This document shows, one piece after another, positions 1 through 9,619 of a stretch of DNA of 43,685 nucleotides (positions within the stretch are counted from its first letter, which is position 1; each line of letters begins with the position of its first letter). The stretch is from a virus (taxonomy: Duplodnaviria; Caudoviricetes). The DNA lies in IMG/VR virus record IMGVR_UViG_3300032233_002662, positions 1 to 43,685 of that record; one strand, 5' to 3'. Made by a program: the position numbers and the translations under genes. The notes below the pieces were generated by a model. The model was given only the letters and a program-made list of their open reading frames with translations, had not been told where the DNA came from and did not search any database.

Positions 1-206
1 CTAATGGAACCCCAGTAAGTGTAATATTATCTGTAAGTAAGATAGGACCGGTAACAACAGCACGAGATGCAGGATATTCCGAGTTAATTATTGGATCTTC
101 AGTTCTTAGCTCATTTACCTACAATGCTGGGAATATACTTTCAGGAACTTTAACATCAAATATAAGTAATTCGGATAGTGTTACTTTAACTATCATAGAA
201 GGATAA
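1..206 (+). CDS. 3' end of a Ser/Thr-rich virion structural protein (partial)
   Basis: Frame 3 is open from the window start (NGTPVSVILSVSKIG...VTLTIIEG) to TAA at 204-206. The next ATG is at 210. Confidence 0.6.
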   Translation, partial: NGTPVSVILSVSKIGPVTTARDAGYSELIIGSSVLSSFTYNAGNILSGTLTSNISNSDSVTLTIIEG

Positions 207-209
207 AAT

Positions 210-935
210 ATGGCAATTGAAACAAAAACATTTAGTATTAATCAACCCTCTGTTTCTTTGAATCAGGGAGATAAATTAACTTTTAAACTTGTACTTAAAG
301 GAGCCACTACTAATAATTTTACTGCTTCTTTAACTGAGGGGTCTTTAGTAGTTAATTCATTAGCTGCCTCTACAGGATATTCCTCTACAACGTGTCCTTA
401 TTTTAATTCTGCATCTATATCTGCATCCTACGCAACAGGACAAAACAATGTGATTACTTTTAATACAGCTATAAGTAATTTCCACGATCAAAACTATATA
501 TTTGTTCCTAATCCACTTACTGGATCTGAAAATAGCTTATATTCTGTTTATGGGGATGTAGATTATAAATTTACTACTAAACCATATGATATAGTAATAG
601 CATATCTATCAGATAATACTTATGTTGAGTCTAGAATAATATCCGTGTCAAAATCGGGTAGTCTATTACAACTAACATTAGATACTCCATTATCTAATTT
701 ATATCGTACTAATTTAATATCTGGATCATTTCAACGCTTTTTAGTATTATCTCGAAGAGAGGACGAAACAAGTACTTATCTAACCTTTAAAAAACGTGAA
801 GGCTCAACATCATATGGTTTTACAATACCTCAAAATATAGCAGCAGATGTATTAGCTAACATTGATACAATTACTAAAGAAGTTAAACAAAAACTACTAT
901 CAGATCAATCACAAATAACAATAAATACTTTTTAA
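210..935 (+). CDS. putative tail/baseplate structural protein
   Basis: 241 aa, S/T/N-rich and beta-type composition, inside the structural cluster. Confidence 0.55.
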   Translation: MAIETKTFSINQPSVSLNQGDKLTFKLVLKGATTNNFTASLTEGSLVVNSLAASTGYSSTTCPYFNSASISASYATGQNNVITFNTAISNFHDQNYIFVPNPLTGSENSLYSVYGDVDYKFTTKPYDIVIAYLSDNTYVESRIISVSKSGSLLQLTLDTPLSNLYRTNLISGSFQRFLVLSRREDETSTYLTFKKREGSTSYGFTIPQNIAADVLANIDTITKEVKQKLLSDQSQITINTF

Positions 936-942
936 ACTTAAT

Positions 943-951
943 ATATTTATA
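943..951 (+). promoter_or_regulatory. putative phage late promoter ATATTTATA
   Basis: The same motif recurs in at least 11 intergenic gaps in front of structural/late genes. Confidence 0.6.
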
Positions 952-970
952 ATATATACAATAGAATAAT

Positions 971-1633
971 ATGGCAATTTTAAACCCTACAACAATAACT
1001 GTAGATGCAATTTTAACCACGAAGGGCCGTGAATTATTAGCTCGTAACGATGGTTCATTTAAAATTACTCAATTTGCATTAGCAGATGATGAAATTGATT
1101 ATACTTTATATAATCCACTACATCCATCTGGTTCTGCTTTTTATGGTGAAGCAATTGAAAACACTCCTGTGTTAGAGGCTTTTCCTGAAGACTCACAGAT
1201 AATGCGTTACAAACTTGTAACTTTACCTCGTGGTACCTCACGTTTACCTGTTATTAATATTGGATACAACAGTATTTCACTTAAACAAGGTGCTTCATTA
1301 ACAATTACTCCACAAACACTTAACTATTTAGGTGCTACAAGTACATTTGAAGCTAATGGATATATTGCTACTATTGCCGATTCTAGATTAGTATCTTCAT
1401 TTAGTGGAACTGGTATTACAACTACTACTCCAATTTCAGGACTAAATACTACAACCGGAACTGTACTATCCGTAACACAAGTAGGTACTTCGTTTACACT
1501 AACAGGTACAACAATTAATACTTTATTTGGATCTACTTTGTCTACCTTAACAACTACCATTACCGTGATTGGTAGAGATAGTGGTGCTAGAATTACTATT
1601 CCTTTGAATATTCAAAAAGTATCAACAAACTAA
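971..1633 (+). CDS. baseplate/tail-fibre attachment structural protein
   Basis: The N-terminus ILTTKGRELLA...ITQFALAD resembles the N-terminal baseplate-binding domain of tail-collar/fibre proteins. The C-terminus is Thr-rich and Ig-like. Confidence 0.6.
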   Translation: MAILNPTTITVDAILTTKGRELLARNDGSFKITQFALADDEIDYTLYNPLHPSGSAFYGEAIENTPVLEAFPEDSQIMRYKLVTLPRGTSRLPVINIGYNSISLKQGASLTITPQTLNYLGATSTFEANGYIATIADSRLVSSFSGTGITTTTPISGLNTTTGTVLSVTQVGTSFTLTGTTINTLFGSTLSTLTTTITVIGRDSGARITIPLNIQKVSTN

Positions 1634-1641
1634 TATAAACT

Positions 1642-2592
1642 ATGTCATTTTCAAGATATAATACAGACGATCAAGTAATAAGTTCAGAAACAGTAGTACG
1701 TGGTTTGTGGAGTGGAGATTCCAATCAATTAACTAGTTTCTTTACTGCTAGTACTTATACTGAATACTACATAGACATATATAATGGACTTCCTAGTTCT
1801 AATACTAGTGCTATCCAGTTTGATATTCAATTTGGTAATTTATATGGATCTGGATCTATAGCTATTAATTCTTTAGTTACTGGTAGTTCCCCTTCTCGTA
1901 TTGTTTATGGGCAATATAGAAATTTAGTTTATGGAACTGAAAATACTAACTTCTCATTTAATAACTCAGTAACAGCAAGTAGTATTTATGTGATTAACGT
2001 AGCTCGTTCTCGTTATAAAGAAAGTTTATTACCTGGTTCTTTTGAATTAAGATTAGGTAGTGGTTCTAATGGAACTATTACTTTAATTGATGATAGTACT
2101 ACTACTAATTTGTCTCGTTTCTTAGGTGAAAATAGATATTACAATATTATCAGTGGAAGTATAGCTAGTGGCTCATTTAGCACTGCTACTAACTATGGAT
2201 TTTTCCTCCCAGATATAGGAGTTGCTATTCTAGATTCAGGAAGTTTATCACGATTCATATCCCCTGTTTCTTCTAGCAATAATCATCTTAATTTATTCAG
2301 ATCAATGGTTTCAGGTTCTAATTTTAAATTACAATCTTCTGAAACTGTTTCTTCTACTTATTTCTTTACTCGTGTAAAAAATAGTGAATTTAATTATACT
2401 ACAAACCCATCTATCATAGATGATAATGGTAATTTATTATATACAACATTAATTAATAGTCCTCAAACGTTTCCAACTACTGTAGGATTATATAATGATA
2501 ATAATGAATTATTAGCAGTAGCTAAAATGAGTAGGCCTTTAACAAAAGACTTTACTAAAGAAGCATTAATAAGAATTAAGATAGATTACTAA
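1642..2592 (+). CDS. baseplate wedge-like structural protein
   Basis: C-terminal TTVGLYNDNNELLAVAK motif typical of baseplate/tail-collar domains. Paralogous to 2600..4957 plus 6168..6476. Confidence 0.6.
   Translation: MSFSRYNTDDQVISSETVVRGLWSGDSNQLTSFFTASTYTEYYIDIYNGLPSSNTSAIQFDIQFGNLYGSGSIAINSLVTGSSPSRIVYGQYRNLVYGTENTNFSFNNSVTASSIYVINVARSRYKESLLPGSFELRLGSGSNGTITLIDDSTTTNLSRFLGENRYYNIISGSIASGSFSTATNYGFFLPDIGVAILDSGSLSRFISPVSSSNNHLNLFRSMVSGSNFKLQSSETVSSTYFFTRVKNSEFNYTTNPSIIDDNGNLLYTTLINSPQTFPTTVGLYNDNNELLAVAKMSRPLTKDFTKEALIRIKIDY
2483..2516 (+). repeat. 34-bp exact direct repeat, copy 1 (copy 2 at 6367-6400)
   Basis: TAGGATTATATAATGATAATAATGAATTATTAGC occurs at both positions and encodes GLYNDNNELLA. 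Confidence 0.9.
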
Positions 2593-2599
2593 TTTATGT

Positions 2600-4957
2600 A
2601 TGGCATCATTCAAAAAGTTAAGCAAATCGGACGTTACATTTGTACCTTACTATGCAAATAAGCAATGGAGTCTAACTTATTGCCCCTACCCAACTTCATC
2701 TGAATACTTAACTATTTATAATGGTACTAATCTTACAGGTAGTTTTTCATCTGATGGTGATCCTGTAACGGAAGGACAATATGATCGATTAGTTTATTCT
2801 CAAATCAATCAGTTATTTTATCAAAAATATACTGCTTCTTTAAATACATCTTCATTAGCAAATTCAATTTACTACGAGTCAGCTTCACAACAAAGACCAA
2901 CACAATCATATTTTATATATAATGATAGTGCTAGGTTAGTTGAAAATTTTCCTACAGGAGCTATGGAAGGCATTCGAGTATTAGCCATCAACCAGGGTCT
3001 TTATGGGGATAAAGTATTACCAAACCATTTCCGATTATCCTCTTCAGCTTATAATATTACAGATGATGGATACGGTAATTTATATGATGGTATAGTAACA
3101 GGTTCTCAACAATCTACTAATGAAGTTTATGCAGAATCTGGAGTAAGGTTATATTCTCCAGGATATGATATAGATGGTACTGGTACAAATATATCTTGGA
3201 ATACAGTTGCTGGTGGTGGTTCATATACTGGTACTTTTTGGACTAATCCCGTAGTAGCTAATAAGACGGGTAGGTTAAATTATACTGGTTTATGGTCTGG
3301 GAAATCTTTAATTTATTTTGGAAGTGGAATTTTAACTTTTAATATTACTGCTTCTTCTAATACTACTTATTATTTTGGAATAGGATGTGACAACTATGCT
3401 TCTCTTTATTTAGATAATACATTAATACTCACTCAGGTTATTCCTGATGCTGGTAGTTTTGGAGCCAATTATAGATATTGGCACATATACCCCGTTAGTG
3501 TGTCTTCAGGTAGCCATGTTGTAAAACTTATTGGAGATAATATAGGCATACCTGACCCAAGCAATCCAGGATCAATGGGTATTGAGATATATAATAACAC
3601 TTCAACTCAAATATCAGCTAGTATTACATCTTCACCTACTGGTTCATCTATACCCTCTGGATTAAATGTTGTATACTCATCTAAAGATCATTTAACTGAA
3701 GGAAATTTTAATAATCAATATGCTACGCACATTGGAAATTTATTTTATGCTCATGGATTAGGAATAATAACTAATCAGGATTATCAAATGATGTTTCCTT
3801 TACCTCCTATTGCTAAAAATGATAGTGGGTATTTTTTAACTACAGACACACCTAAAACCATTTCAGCATCCGCTAATGATTATGCTAGAAGTGGAACTTT
3901 AAACACTAGCTCATTAGCATTTTCAGGTAGTACTTCAGGTCCTGGATATTCATGGGCTACTGGTAGTAACGGCACTGTTGTTTTAACAACAACAACTGAC
4001 GGCACATACACAGCTTGGTATACTATAGGAGCTGATATTGTTGGTTCTTGTGCTACACAATTGAGGAGTAATAAAGCTAAAGTTACAGCTGTTGTAACTT
4101 CTCCTACAACAACGACAAGCACAACAACTACCACTACAACGTCTGCTTCTTTATGTAATTTCCAAATTACAGAAACTACCACTACCAACGCTACTAACCC
4201 AGCAGGAAATAATGGTACTGCTACAATAACTTTTATAAGTGCTAGTGCACCTGTTAGTTATTCATTAAATGGAGCTTTTCAAGGTGTAGTTACATCTTCT
4301 CTATTAATATCAAATCTATCATCTAGTGTATCATACACAGCATCTTTCATAGATGCTAATAGTTGTACTGCAACATCATCATTTACATTAGGTGAAAGTA
4401 CATTCGTATTTCTTGCAGATTATATGATGTTAACTTATGGATTTACTGATGGATTAGATTTAGATACTAGAACAAGAATTGTAACCCCCGATGTTGGTCA
4501 AGTTACACAAAGTTATTATGTAGGATATTTCTGCCAAAACCAGTGGCCCTCCGGTAGTACAAATCCATATTTAATATGGGGAGGAGATAATCAAGGAACC
4601 GGATCTGAATCTGTATTAGTTAATTTTGTTTCGTTCTCTGCTGCATATCCAACAGCAAGTAGCGTATTGATTGATATGAGAGCCTATTGGTTTAACCAAA
4701 CAGGAAGTAACCCCGTTGACGTTACTGCTACATTATGGAAAGGTGGAACTCCTGTATATAATAGTAGTTCATATGTTTGGACAAATCCTACTGCTACTAG
4801 CTCATTTAACATTGACTCTGTAGGTAAAGTAATTACAAGTAAAGGTCTCCCTATACCAGGTCTATCTTCAGGAGAAAGAGTTGCTACTTTAACTTATAAT
4901 CTTATATCAGGTAGTGGAGTATTTGATAATAATGACACAACAACACCAAGCGTTTAA
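2600..4957 (+). CDS. tail/baseplate adhesin-like protein with PA14-like insert, Ig-like domains and poly-Thr linker
   Basis: 785 aa. YYFGIGCDNYASLYLDN...VSSGSHVVKL is PA14-like. Contains a TTTTSTTTTTTTS linker and a YSLNG...DANSCT SprB/Ig-like repeat. Confidence 0.6.
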   Translation: MASFKKLSKSDVTFVPYYANKQWSLTYCPYPTSSEYLTIYNGTNLTGSFSSDGDPVTEGQYDRLVYSQINQLFYQKYTASLNTSSLANSIYYESASQQRPTQSYFIYNDSARLVENFPTGAMEGIRVLAINQGLYGDKVLPNHFRLSSSAYNITDDGYGNLYDGIVTGSQQSTNEVYAESGVRLYSPGYDIDGTGTNISWNTVAGGGSYTGTFWTNPVVANKTGRLNYTGLWSGKSLIYFGSGILTFNITASSNTTYYFGIGCDNYASLYLDNTLILTQVIPDAGSFGANYRYWHIYPVSVSSGSHVVKLIGDNIGIPDPSNPGSMGIEIYNNTSTQISASITSSPTGSSIPSGLNVVYSSKDHLTEGNFNNQYATHIGNLFYAHGLGIITNQDYQMMFPLPPIAKNDSGYFLTTDTPKTISASANDYARSGTLNTSSLAFSGSTSGPGYSWATGSNGTVVLTTTTDGTYTAWYTIGADIVGSCATQLRSNKAKVTAVVTSPTTTTSTTTTTTTSASLCNFQITETTTTNATNPAGNNGTATITFISASAPVSYSLNGAFQGVVTSSLLISNLSSSVSYTASFIDANSCTATSSFTLGESTFVFLADYMMLTYGFTDGLDLDTRTRIVTPDVGQVTQSYYVGYFCQNQWPSGSTNPYLIWGGDNQGTGSESVLVNFVSFSAAYPTASSVLIDMRAYWFNQTGSNPVDVTATLWKGGTPVYNSSSYVWTNPTATSSFNIDSVGKVITSKGLPIPGLSSGERVATLTYNLISGSGVFDNNDTTTPSV

Positions 4958-4969
4958 ATATAAATTAAA

Positions 4970-5185
4970 ATGACACAGAAAGAAGTAACTACCATTTTAT
5001 ATCAACAAATCCCCGATGCCGGTAGATTTGATATAAAATATATTAATGAAAAACATTTCTATATATTTAAAAGTGCATTAGAAGAAAAATATATGGTTTG
5101 TCAATTAAATGATAACTCTGAAAGTTTCCATAGTGAAGTTTTTACAACAATAGATAATTGTTATGATTGGATAGATTTAAAATAA
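4970..5185 (+). CDS. hypothetical protein
   Basis: 71-aa ORF tightly packed between neighbours, with an A-rich start context. Confidence 0.6.
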   Translation: MTQKEVTTILYQQIPDAGRFDIKYINEKHFYIFKSALEEKYMVCQLNDNSESFHSEVFTTIDNCYDWIDLK

Positions 5186-5198
5186 TAAAATAAATGTT

Positions 5199-6155
5199 AT
5201 GAAGAATTTACGTTATGTTTGTGTTCAACCAAGATTAGTTTATTATGCGTGGCAAGTAGAAGTTATGATTAATAACTTTATTAAGCATGGTATTAGTGGA
5301 AATAATATTGATATTTTAGTTGCTTGGAATCCTAATGACGGAACCAATACTCCTGAAGTAATAGAAATGTGGGATAAATTAGTTAATAAGTATAATTATG
5401 TTCGTTTTTTCTTCTATCAAGATACTAGAGAAGATATGTCATATATTCCCTCTATTTATTTTAACATATTAAAACAACATATTCAAGTATACCCTGAATT
5501 ATCTGCTCAACCTTTATTCTTACACGATTCTGATATATTATTTACTAAACCAGTAGATTTTAGTTTTGCTTTAAATGATAATATATGGTATTTAAGTGAT
5601 ACCGTAGGTTATATAGGTACACAATATATCTTAACTAAAGGTGAAGATGTTTATAAGGGAATGTGTAATATAATAGGAATTGATCCGCTAATACCCAAAC
5701 TTCTCAATTCAAATTCAGGCGGAGCTCAACATATTGTTAAAAATTCTACTTATGAGTACTGGGATAAAGTAGAAAAAGATTCTATAAAATTATATAAATG
5801 GTTTTGTGAACAAGAACCTCTGTATAAAGGCGAAGGATATCCAATACAAAAATGGACAGCAGGGATGTGGTCATTATTATGGAATGCTTGGTTGTTTGAA
5901 CATGAAACTAAAGTAGATAAACGATTAGATTTTTGTTGGGCAACTGATCCCATTTCTAAATGGGATGAAGTTTGTATATTCCATAATGCTGGAGTTACTG
6001 AGCATGGAAAATTATTTATGAAAGGTAATTATACTAATTCATTACCTTATGGTATAGAAAATACATTTGATTCTAATTTTTGCTCATATAATTATGTTAA
6101 TGAAATTATAGAAACAACTAAAATATTAAATAATGAGCACCACTCAAAAATTTAA
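5199..6155 (+). CDS. putative GT-A glycosyltransferase
   Basis: DxD motif after a hydrophobic strand (LFLHDSDILF), plus KWTAGMWSLLW and IFHNAGV motifs. Reminiscent of protein O-glycosyltransferase-like GT-A enzymes. Confidence 0.6.
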   Translation: MKNLRYVCVQPRLVYYAWQVEVMINNFIKHGISGNNIDILVAWNPNDGTNTPEVIEMWDKLVNKYNYVRFFFYQDTREDMSYIPSIYFNILKQHIQVYPELSAQPLFLHDSDILFTKPVDFSFALNDNIWYLSDTVGYIGTQYILTKGEDVYKGMCNIIGIDPLIPKLLNSNSGGAQHIVKNSTYEYWDKVEKDSIKLYKWFCEQEPLYKGEGYPIQKWTAGMWSLLWNAWLFEHETKVDKRLDFCWATDPISKWDEVCIFHNAGVTEHGKLFMKGNYTNSLPYGIENTFDSNFCSYNYVNEIIETTKILNNEHHSKI

Positions 6156-6164
6156 ATATTTATA
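6156..6164 (+). promoter_or_regulatory. putative late promoter ATATTTATA
   Basis: Exact motif 3 nt before the ATG at 6168. Confidence 0.55.
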
Positions 6165-6167
6165 CTC

Positions 6168-6476
6168 ATGCCAGCAATAATCCATAGCGGTTCCTTTTCA
6201 GTTTCATTTAAAAATGAACAACCAATATACGAACACGAAGTTCGTTGTTTGGTAAAGGAAAGTGACTTCAATTTATCATATAACCCAACACTAGTAACTA
6301 ACTACGCTAGTGGTTCTTTAAAAGGATTTGCTACTGGCTCTGATTTTTATACCTATGCTACCGCATTAGGATTATATAATGATAATAATGAATTATTAGC
6401 TGTTGCTAAATTCGGTAAACCAATGTTAATGTCACCCGACACCGATATGACGTTTATTGTTAAATACGATACATAA
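6168..6476 (+). CDS. stand-alone C-terminal domain of a baseplate protein
   Basis: Aligns by eye with the last ~90 aa of 1642..2592 (VKESDFNLSYNP vs VKNSEFNYTTNP; GLYNDNNELLAVAK identical). Confidence 0.7.
   Translation: MPAIIHSGSFSVSFKNEQPIYEHEVRCLVKESDFNLSYNPTLVTNYASGSLKGFATGSDFYTYATALGLYNDNNELLAVAKFGKPMLMSPDTDMTFIVKYDT
6367..6400 (+). repeat. 34-bp exact direct repeat, copy 2
   Basis: Identical to 2483-2516. Confidence 0.9.
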
Positions 6477-7372
6477 TGATTAAACTATTAGATTTAATTA
6501 AGGAAATACTTCAAGAAATAAATAATCCATTTGGTAAAGTTGTCTATCATGGGAGTAGTAAAAAATTTGATCTTAATTCCTTAGATATAGACAGAAAATC
6601 TATTGCTAGAGGGTCAGATGGAAAAATTATAAGAGAAACAGGTTCAGAAAAAATAGGGGTAGGTTTATATGTGTCATTAGCATTATGGATGAATGATAAA
6701 AAAAATATACTTAATCCAATATATAAAGATGGATTTATGGGAAATGAATCTGCCGAAAAATATGCTCATATAAGCAATGACGGATTCCCTGATTACATAT
6801 ATAAGATAGTACTATCAGATGATATAAACTTAGAAAAGTATGGTTATAAAAATATAGATGGAAGAAATATAAGTAAAGAACAAAAAGAAAAATTACTTGC
6901 AGAGGGTATTGATGGTTTATATGATGGAAAGATTGAAGCTGTAATTTTGAATAAAGATAAAATTGAATCCTTAGATATAGCATACATAGCTGAAGATTTA
7001 ATGACACGCATTTCTCCTATTAAAATGGATGAAGTAAAAAGTTGGAATGGTGTACCTACTTCTGACTCTAAAGCTAGTCAAGGAATTGATATATATAAAC
7101 AGGTACAAATGAGTAATGAAAATGTAGATAAATATTTAAAAGAAACTTTAAAAGTACCTTATATATTTGAATCCTTTAGTAGTAAGGATTATATTGTTAC
7201 TAATGCTCCAAAAGAAGTAACAGATGCTGTATATAACGAAGAGTGGGACGATGAAAAAAATATGACAGATACAACAAAACAAGACGAAGCAAGAAAAAAA
7301 TACCCCGTAAAAAACTATAAATTTTATTACGTTCAACCCTATGACGGTTTTTATAATTGGAAAAAAGTATAA
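6476..7372 (+). CDS. putative ADP-ribosyltransferase-like protein with virion-targeting leader
   Basis: VYHGS..F, GVGLYVS, AEKYA and GIDGL...EAVILN motifs match the H-Y-E/ART-PolyVal pattern. Leader is [14 protein letters not shown]. Confidence 0.6.
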   Translation: MIKLLDLIKEILQEINNPFGKVVYHGSSKKFDLNSLDIDRKSIARGSDGKIIRETGSEKIGVGLYVSLALWMNDKKNILNPIYKDGFMGNESAEKYAHISNDGFPDYIYKIVLSDDINLEKYGYKNIDGRNISKEQKEKLLAEGIDGLYDGKIEAVILNKDKIESLDIAYIAEDLMTRISPIKMDEVKSWNGVPTSDSKASQGIDIYKQVQMSNENVDKYLKETLKVPYIFESFSSKDYIVTNAPKEVTDAVYNEEWDDEKNMTDTTKQDEARKKYPVKNYKFYYVQPYDGFYNWKKV

Positions 7373-7388
7373 TACTTAAAATAAGTTT

Positions 7389-7841
7389 ATGAATAATTGG
7401 TTATGGCATCTCGATGACGGGAGTCTAGAAATATTTCCTGAAGAACACGCTACTGGGTATTATGGTTTTGTCTATATAATTACTAATTTAGAAACAAATA
7501 AATTTTATATAGGTAAAAAAGCATTTATCCATAATAAAAAGAAAAAACTCACTAAAAAAGAAATCGCTGAACACACTGGTGCTGGTCGCAAACCAACAAC
7601 CCGAGTTGATAAAGTAGACAGTGGGTGGAAATCATATTATGGTTCATCTAAAGAACTATTAGCTGATGTTAAATTATTAGGTGAAGATAAATTTGAACGT
7701 GTTATAATACATTTTGCTAAAAACAAAAAGCAACTTACATTTCTTGAACTCCAGGAACAAATAATACACAACGTATTATTTACTGATAATAGCTACAACG
7801 ACAACATAGCAGGTAAATATTTCCGCAAAGATTTTGCTTAG
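7389..7841 (+). CDS. GIY-YIG endonuclease, T4 endonuclease II (DenA)-like
   Basis: GFVYIITN...FYIGKK, W..YYGSS, LELQEQ and YNDNI motifs. Confidence 0.75.
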   Translation: MNNWLWHLDDGSLEIFPEEHATGYYGFVYIITNLETNKFYIGKKAFIHNKKKKLTKKEIAEHTGAGRKPTTRVDKVDSGWKSYYGSSKELLADVKLLGEDKFERVIIHFAKNKKQLTFLELQEQIIHNVLFTDNSYNDNIAGKYFRKDFA

Positions 7842-7863
7842 GCAAAATTATTTCGTATATTAA
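7833..7863 (+). promoter_or_regulatory. putative early/middle promoter (Bacteroidota-like -33/-7)
   Basis: TTTG-N19-TATATTAA with an internal TAGGCAAAA. A similar motif occurs at 28161 and 30554. Confidence 0.5.
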
Positions 7864-7867
7864 GAGT

Positions 7868-8809
7868 ATGGATAATACAGCTCTACTATTCTTAATTGAA
7901 TCAGTACTAGGTAAAGGACAATCAACAAGTAAAGGCAACTATGCTTTTAAGTGTCCATTCTGTACACACCATAAACCAAAATTAGAAATTAATTTACGTA
8001 CAACAGCTAAACGTGAAAACTTTTGGCATTGTTGGATCTGTAGTGCTAAGGGTAAAACATTACTTTCATTATTCAAAAAGATGAAAGTTCCAGACAACAA
8101 AATAGGAGAACTAAACATCCTAATAATCCCAGACAATACTAAAAATATTGAGTTAAGTGCTGTACAATTACCTAAAGAATTTATTTCATTAATTGATACA
8201 ACTAATTTAGATAAAATATTACAAATTGAATTAAAGCACGTTTTAAAATTTCTTAAATCACGTGGTTTAACTCAAGATGATATAATTAAATACAATATTG
8301 GTTTTTGTAAAGATGGTAAATATGGAGGCCGTGTTATTATTCCTTCATATGACAACGACAAAAAATTAAATTATTTTATAGCTAGAGACTATAAAGGTGA
8401 AACACCTCAAAAATACAAAAATCCACCAGTAGCGGCTAAAGACGTTATTGGTTTTGAACTATATATAAATTGGGATGCACCAATTATACTTGTTGAAGGT
8501 ATGTTTGATGCTCTCACCATTAAACGTAATGTTATTCCTTTATTTGGAAAAGCAATACACGGTAAATTAATGGAGAAACTAGTTAAATCTTCTGTTGATA
8601 GAATTTATATTGCTTTAGATCAAGACGCTAGGCGCGATGCTTTAAAACAGGCTGAAATGCTTATGTCATACGGCAAAGAAATATATTTGGTAGAGATGGA
8701 AGGTAAAGACGCTAACGAAATCGGTTTTGAAAATTTTTTAAACACTATTGAGCAAACACAACCACTGAATTTTCAGAGTTTACTTGAGAAAAAATTACAA
8801 CTATTATGA
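7868..8809 (+). CDS. DNA primase (DnaG/T4 gp61-like)
   Basis: Zn finger CPFC...CWIC; YFIAR and KYKNP; TOPRIM motifs VEGMFDA and LDQDA. Confidence 0.9.
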   Translation: MDNTALLFLIESVLGKGQSTSKGNYAFKCPFCTHHKPKLEINLRTTAKRENFWHCWICSAKGKTLLSLFKKMKVPDNKIGELNILIIPDNTKNIELSAVQLPKEFISLIDTTNLDKILQIELKHVLKFLKSRGLTQDDIIKYNIGFCKDGKYGGRVIIPSYDNDKKLNYFIARDYKGETPQKYKNPPVAAKDVIGFELYINWDAPIILVEGMFDALTIKRNVIPLFGKAIHGKLMEKLVKSSVDRIYIALDQDARRDALKQAEMLMSYGKEIYLVEMEGKDANEIGFENFLNTIEQTQPLNFQSLLEKKLQLL

Positions 8810-9591
8810 TTATTGACAGGAATGCAAACCTCATTAAAGACCCTAAAATTAAGCGTCTTGTAGAGTACAGCGAAGGAGATAAACAAGTAAATGTTTTAGA
8901 CAGCCGATTTTACAGGCGCAACGACAAATACTATCCCTCAGTCACTTCAGTACTAAATTATTTCCCTAAAAACCAATTTTTTCATAATTGGCTTAAGGAT
9001 GTAGGACATAATTCAGACATTATTGCTTCTAAGGCAGCAGGTGAAGGTACACAAGTACATACTGCTATTGATCGTTATCTAAATGGAGAAGAAATTCAAT
9101 GGATTGATGAATATGGTAAAGCACAATATTCACTTGATGTTTGGAAGATGATTCTTAAGTTTGCTGATTTTTGGACAACACACAAACCCGAATTAATAGT
9201 AACTGAATACCATCTATTCTCAGATAATCATGAATATGCTGGTACAGCTGATTTAATTGTTAAAATCAATAATAAAGTTTGGTTACTTGATATTAAAACA
9301 TCCAATTCACTTCATACATCTTATGGTTTACAACTAGCAGCATACGCTGTTGCTTGGAATGAAACCCACAACCAATTAGTTGAAGATACAGGAGTATTAT
9401 GGTTGAAAGCATCTACTCGTGGTGAAGGTAAAGGTGACACAATTCAAGGTAAAGGATGGCAATTAAAACAATATGGTGGAATTGCTACTAATTTTAAGAT
9501 GTTCCAAAACATATATGAAATATATAAAATGGAAAATCCTGATTTTAAGCCTATGACTCTATTATTACCTACAAGTGTTAAATTAGCTTAA
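8806..9591 (+). CDS. PD-(D/E)XK exonuclease
   Basis: YPSVTSVL, GTQVH, YAGTADL, DIKTS and QLAAY motifs. Confidence 0.85.
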   Translation: MIIDRNANLIKDPKIKRLVEYSEGDKQVNVLDSRFYRRNDKYYPSVTSVLNYFPKNQFFHNWLKDVGHNSDIIASKAAGEGTQVHTAIDRYLNGEEIQWIDEYGKAQYSLDVWKMILKFADFWTTHKPELIVTEYHLFSDNHEYAGTADLIVKINNKVWLLDIKTSNSLHTSYGLQLAAYAVAWNETHNQLVEDTGVLWLKASTRGEGKGDTIQGKGWQLKQYGGIATNFKMFQNIYEIYKMENPDFKPMTLLLPTSVKLA

Positions 9592-9602
9592 TAAACTTTG
9601 AG

Positions 9603-9614
9603 TTATACGTATAA
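9603..9614. promoter_or_regulatory. 12-bp palindrome TTATACGTATAA upstream of the TonB receptor cassette
   Basis: Perfect palindrome. It contains ATACGTATA, a 7/9 match to the ATATTTATA motif. Confidence 0.4.
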
Positions 9615-9619
9615 GTGAA

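Noticed and set aside
2483-6400. Diversity-generating retroelement template/variable repeat
   Set aside because: The repeat is short and exact with no adenine-specific mismatches, and there is no reverse transcriptase in the window.
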